Source of the DNA: Piromyces finnis finn
Lineage: Eukaryota; Fungi; Neocallimastigomycota
DNA: 19,341 bases
Direction: 5' to 3'
NCBI GenBank assembly: GCA_002104945.1
Contig: MCFH01000188.1
Coordinates: 1-19,341 of the forward strand
Of the stretch, positions 17,678-19,341 are shown in pieces. The notes beneath the pieces are model-generated. The model was not told where the DNA came from, made no database searches, and saw only the letters and a list, made by a program, of their open reading frames with translations. The stretch's first letter is position 1, and every line of letters begins with the position of its first letter. Made by a program: the position numbers and the translations under genes.

Positions 17678-19341
17678 TTATTTTATTTTGTTTAAATTTG
17701 AGGGACGAGCAACCATAATAGGAGATGAATTAGTTTTCATGTAGAGAGAGTCATCATCAGGATCAATGTATAATCGGTGATCCTTTTGAGATTGACGACC
17801 TAATATAATATCATAACATGAATCTTCATCTTCTAGAATCCAGAATAATGCATAGATTTTTTAAATCACCAAATTTAAGAGTTAAATTAACAGCTTGATT
17901 TGTTGAATAACTTGTTTGCTAGCTAATTTAAAGAAAGTTCTCTTAAAATGTGTAATATTATGATTTGCTGATATTAAATTAAAGAAGGATTTAGTAATAA
18001 CATTAACATCAGAACCAGTATCTACTAAAACTCGGACAATGTTATTATCAATTGAGCCAATGACAGAAGCAATGTTGATTTTATTAATGACATTAATTTC
18101 GTTATCTGCTATATTGATAATATCATCATCATTGTCATTATCAGCATCATCATTGTTTTCATTATTTTATTATTATAATTTTCATTAATGATATTAATAA
18201 ATGAATTAATATCATCATCATTAAGATCCATATTTTGAATGGCGTTATTTTCCGAACGTCATTTGAATCAAGCTTTAAACCTTTGGCACAAAGTCTTCTG
18301 ATGATAGGACTGACTGCAAGCAATTGTGCAAAAGAGATACCAGCATTTGTATATTAAGGGCATCAAAAATATTATATTCTTTATTTTTGCCCAACATGAC
18401 AATAGAACGTAGGAAGTCATAATAGTTGCTTTTGGGAGACTTTTTGCTATCTATAACTTCTTCTAATTCGTCCTGTTTACTTGGTATATCTGGACCAATT
18501 CTTCTTTTATTTCTGGTTTCTTTATTTTTCATCTTGCAGAGGAAATATTCTTGCCTGCAATTACCGAGGGGTCTAAGATGTCTAGGCGGGAAGTAGTGGT
18601 ATGAAAATTTGAATTTTTCTCATTACGAATTTCTTGCTGTTCTTTCATCTGAGTGGCCTTTGTGTGTATTGGTAATGGATTTTCTCGAAGTTTCTTTTTC
18701 TTCGACTGAGTCACGTGATCCTCATCATCACTTTCATCACTTTCTTCAGAACTTTTTCTCTTGAATGCATAAATAAGGTTTTCGATGTCCTTATCATCGA
18801 CTGTATTTGTCACGTGATCACGTGTAACGTAATCCTTATCATCTTCATTGATTGGATCATCCACCAAAGGGTTAGAGATTTTTTCTTTAGAATTTGGAAA
18901 TTTTTTTGTTTTATGGAAATCACGTGTATCATCAACATAGATTTGCTCATTAATGTTGTTGATGTTGTGGGTTTGGTTATTATCAATTTTGGAGTTAGAA
19001 GGGGAAGATTGAGAACTTCCCCCATTTAATTTAAATGGTTTTGGGTTTTGGAGGGTAGCTATGATTTTGTTCACATCGGTCATTTCGTTTGGGCAGAAGC
19101 GGGCATCATGTCCTTTCTGGTTACAACGGTGGCAGATATGAATTTTCATCTGGGCAAAGCTTTTGGTCAAAGCATCCAGATCTGATTCTTTAGCTTCTTC
19201 TTTAGTAGTCTTTTCATTATCAGTACTACTATTATTTTCGTTATTATTATAAGAGGTTTTATCTTCAACTTCTATTTTTCTCTTATAATAATTATTTTTG
19301 TTTTTGAGTTCTTTTATTGGGTACATATTCATCATCACTTT
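17678..19341 (-). pseudogene. Element D gag (CCHC zinc knuckle) - aspartic protease ORF, frameshifted, 5' end outside the window
   Basis: CHRCNQKGHDARFC (19093-19134). After one-base corrections: YNIFDALN-NTNAGISFAQLLAVSPIIRRLCAKGLKL, VRVLVDTGSDVNVI (DTG 18014-18022) and CYDIILGRQ...LYIDPDDD. Stop at 17678-17680. The frame is open to the window edge (the track start at 19338 is GTG). Confidence 0.8.

Noticed and set aside
18715-19029. ORFs 18715-19029 (+) and 18810-19025 (-)
   Set aside because: Antisense or alternative frames of the D gag region.

Overview
Very AT-rich eukaryotic DNA, probably from a fungus with an extremely AT-rich genome such as an anaerobic gut fungus (inference from composition and element type). 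I found no host genes. The window is a nested cluster of four LTR-retrotransposon insertions; the three with coding sequence lie on the minus strand. Element A (1218-15500) is a Ty3/Gypsy chromovirus with ~495-bp LTRs and one gag-PR-RT-RH-IN-chromodomain frame (~1831 aa when rebuilt) broken by five single-base indels. Element B (7743-14116) is an intact, very recent chromovirus with identical 604-bp LTRs, a CAAAG target-site duplication (TSD) and one ~1515-aa Gag-Pol ORF; it sits inside the gag of A. Element C (1665-2759) is a 1095-bp solo LTR with a TGGTT TSD, inside the 3' LTR of A. Element D (16069 to the window end) is a putative Gag(CCHC)-protease-only element with a polypurine tract (PPT) and 3' LTR but no recognisable RT, RNase H or integrase. 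Main result: A and B both lack a tRNA-type primer-binding site (PBS). Each has an 11-nt PBS complementary to a site inside its own LTR plus a U5-leader stem, the signature of Tf1-type self-primed reverse transcription. Other notable features: a 38-bp tandem array and A20/A30 tracts in the B leader, strong hairpins at the same end of three unrelated LTRs, and an apparently recombinant 3' LTR in A.
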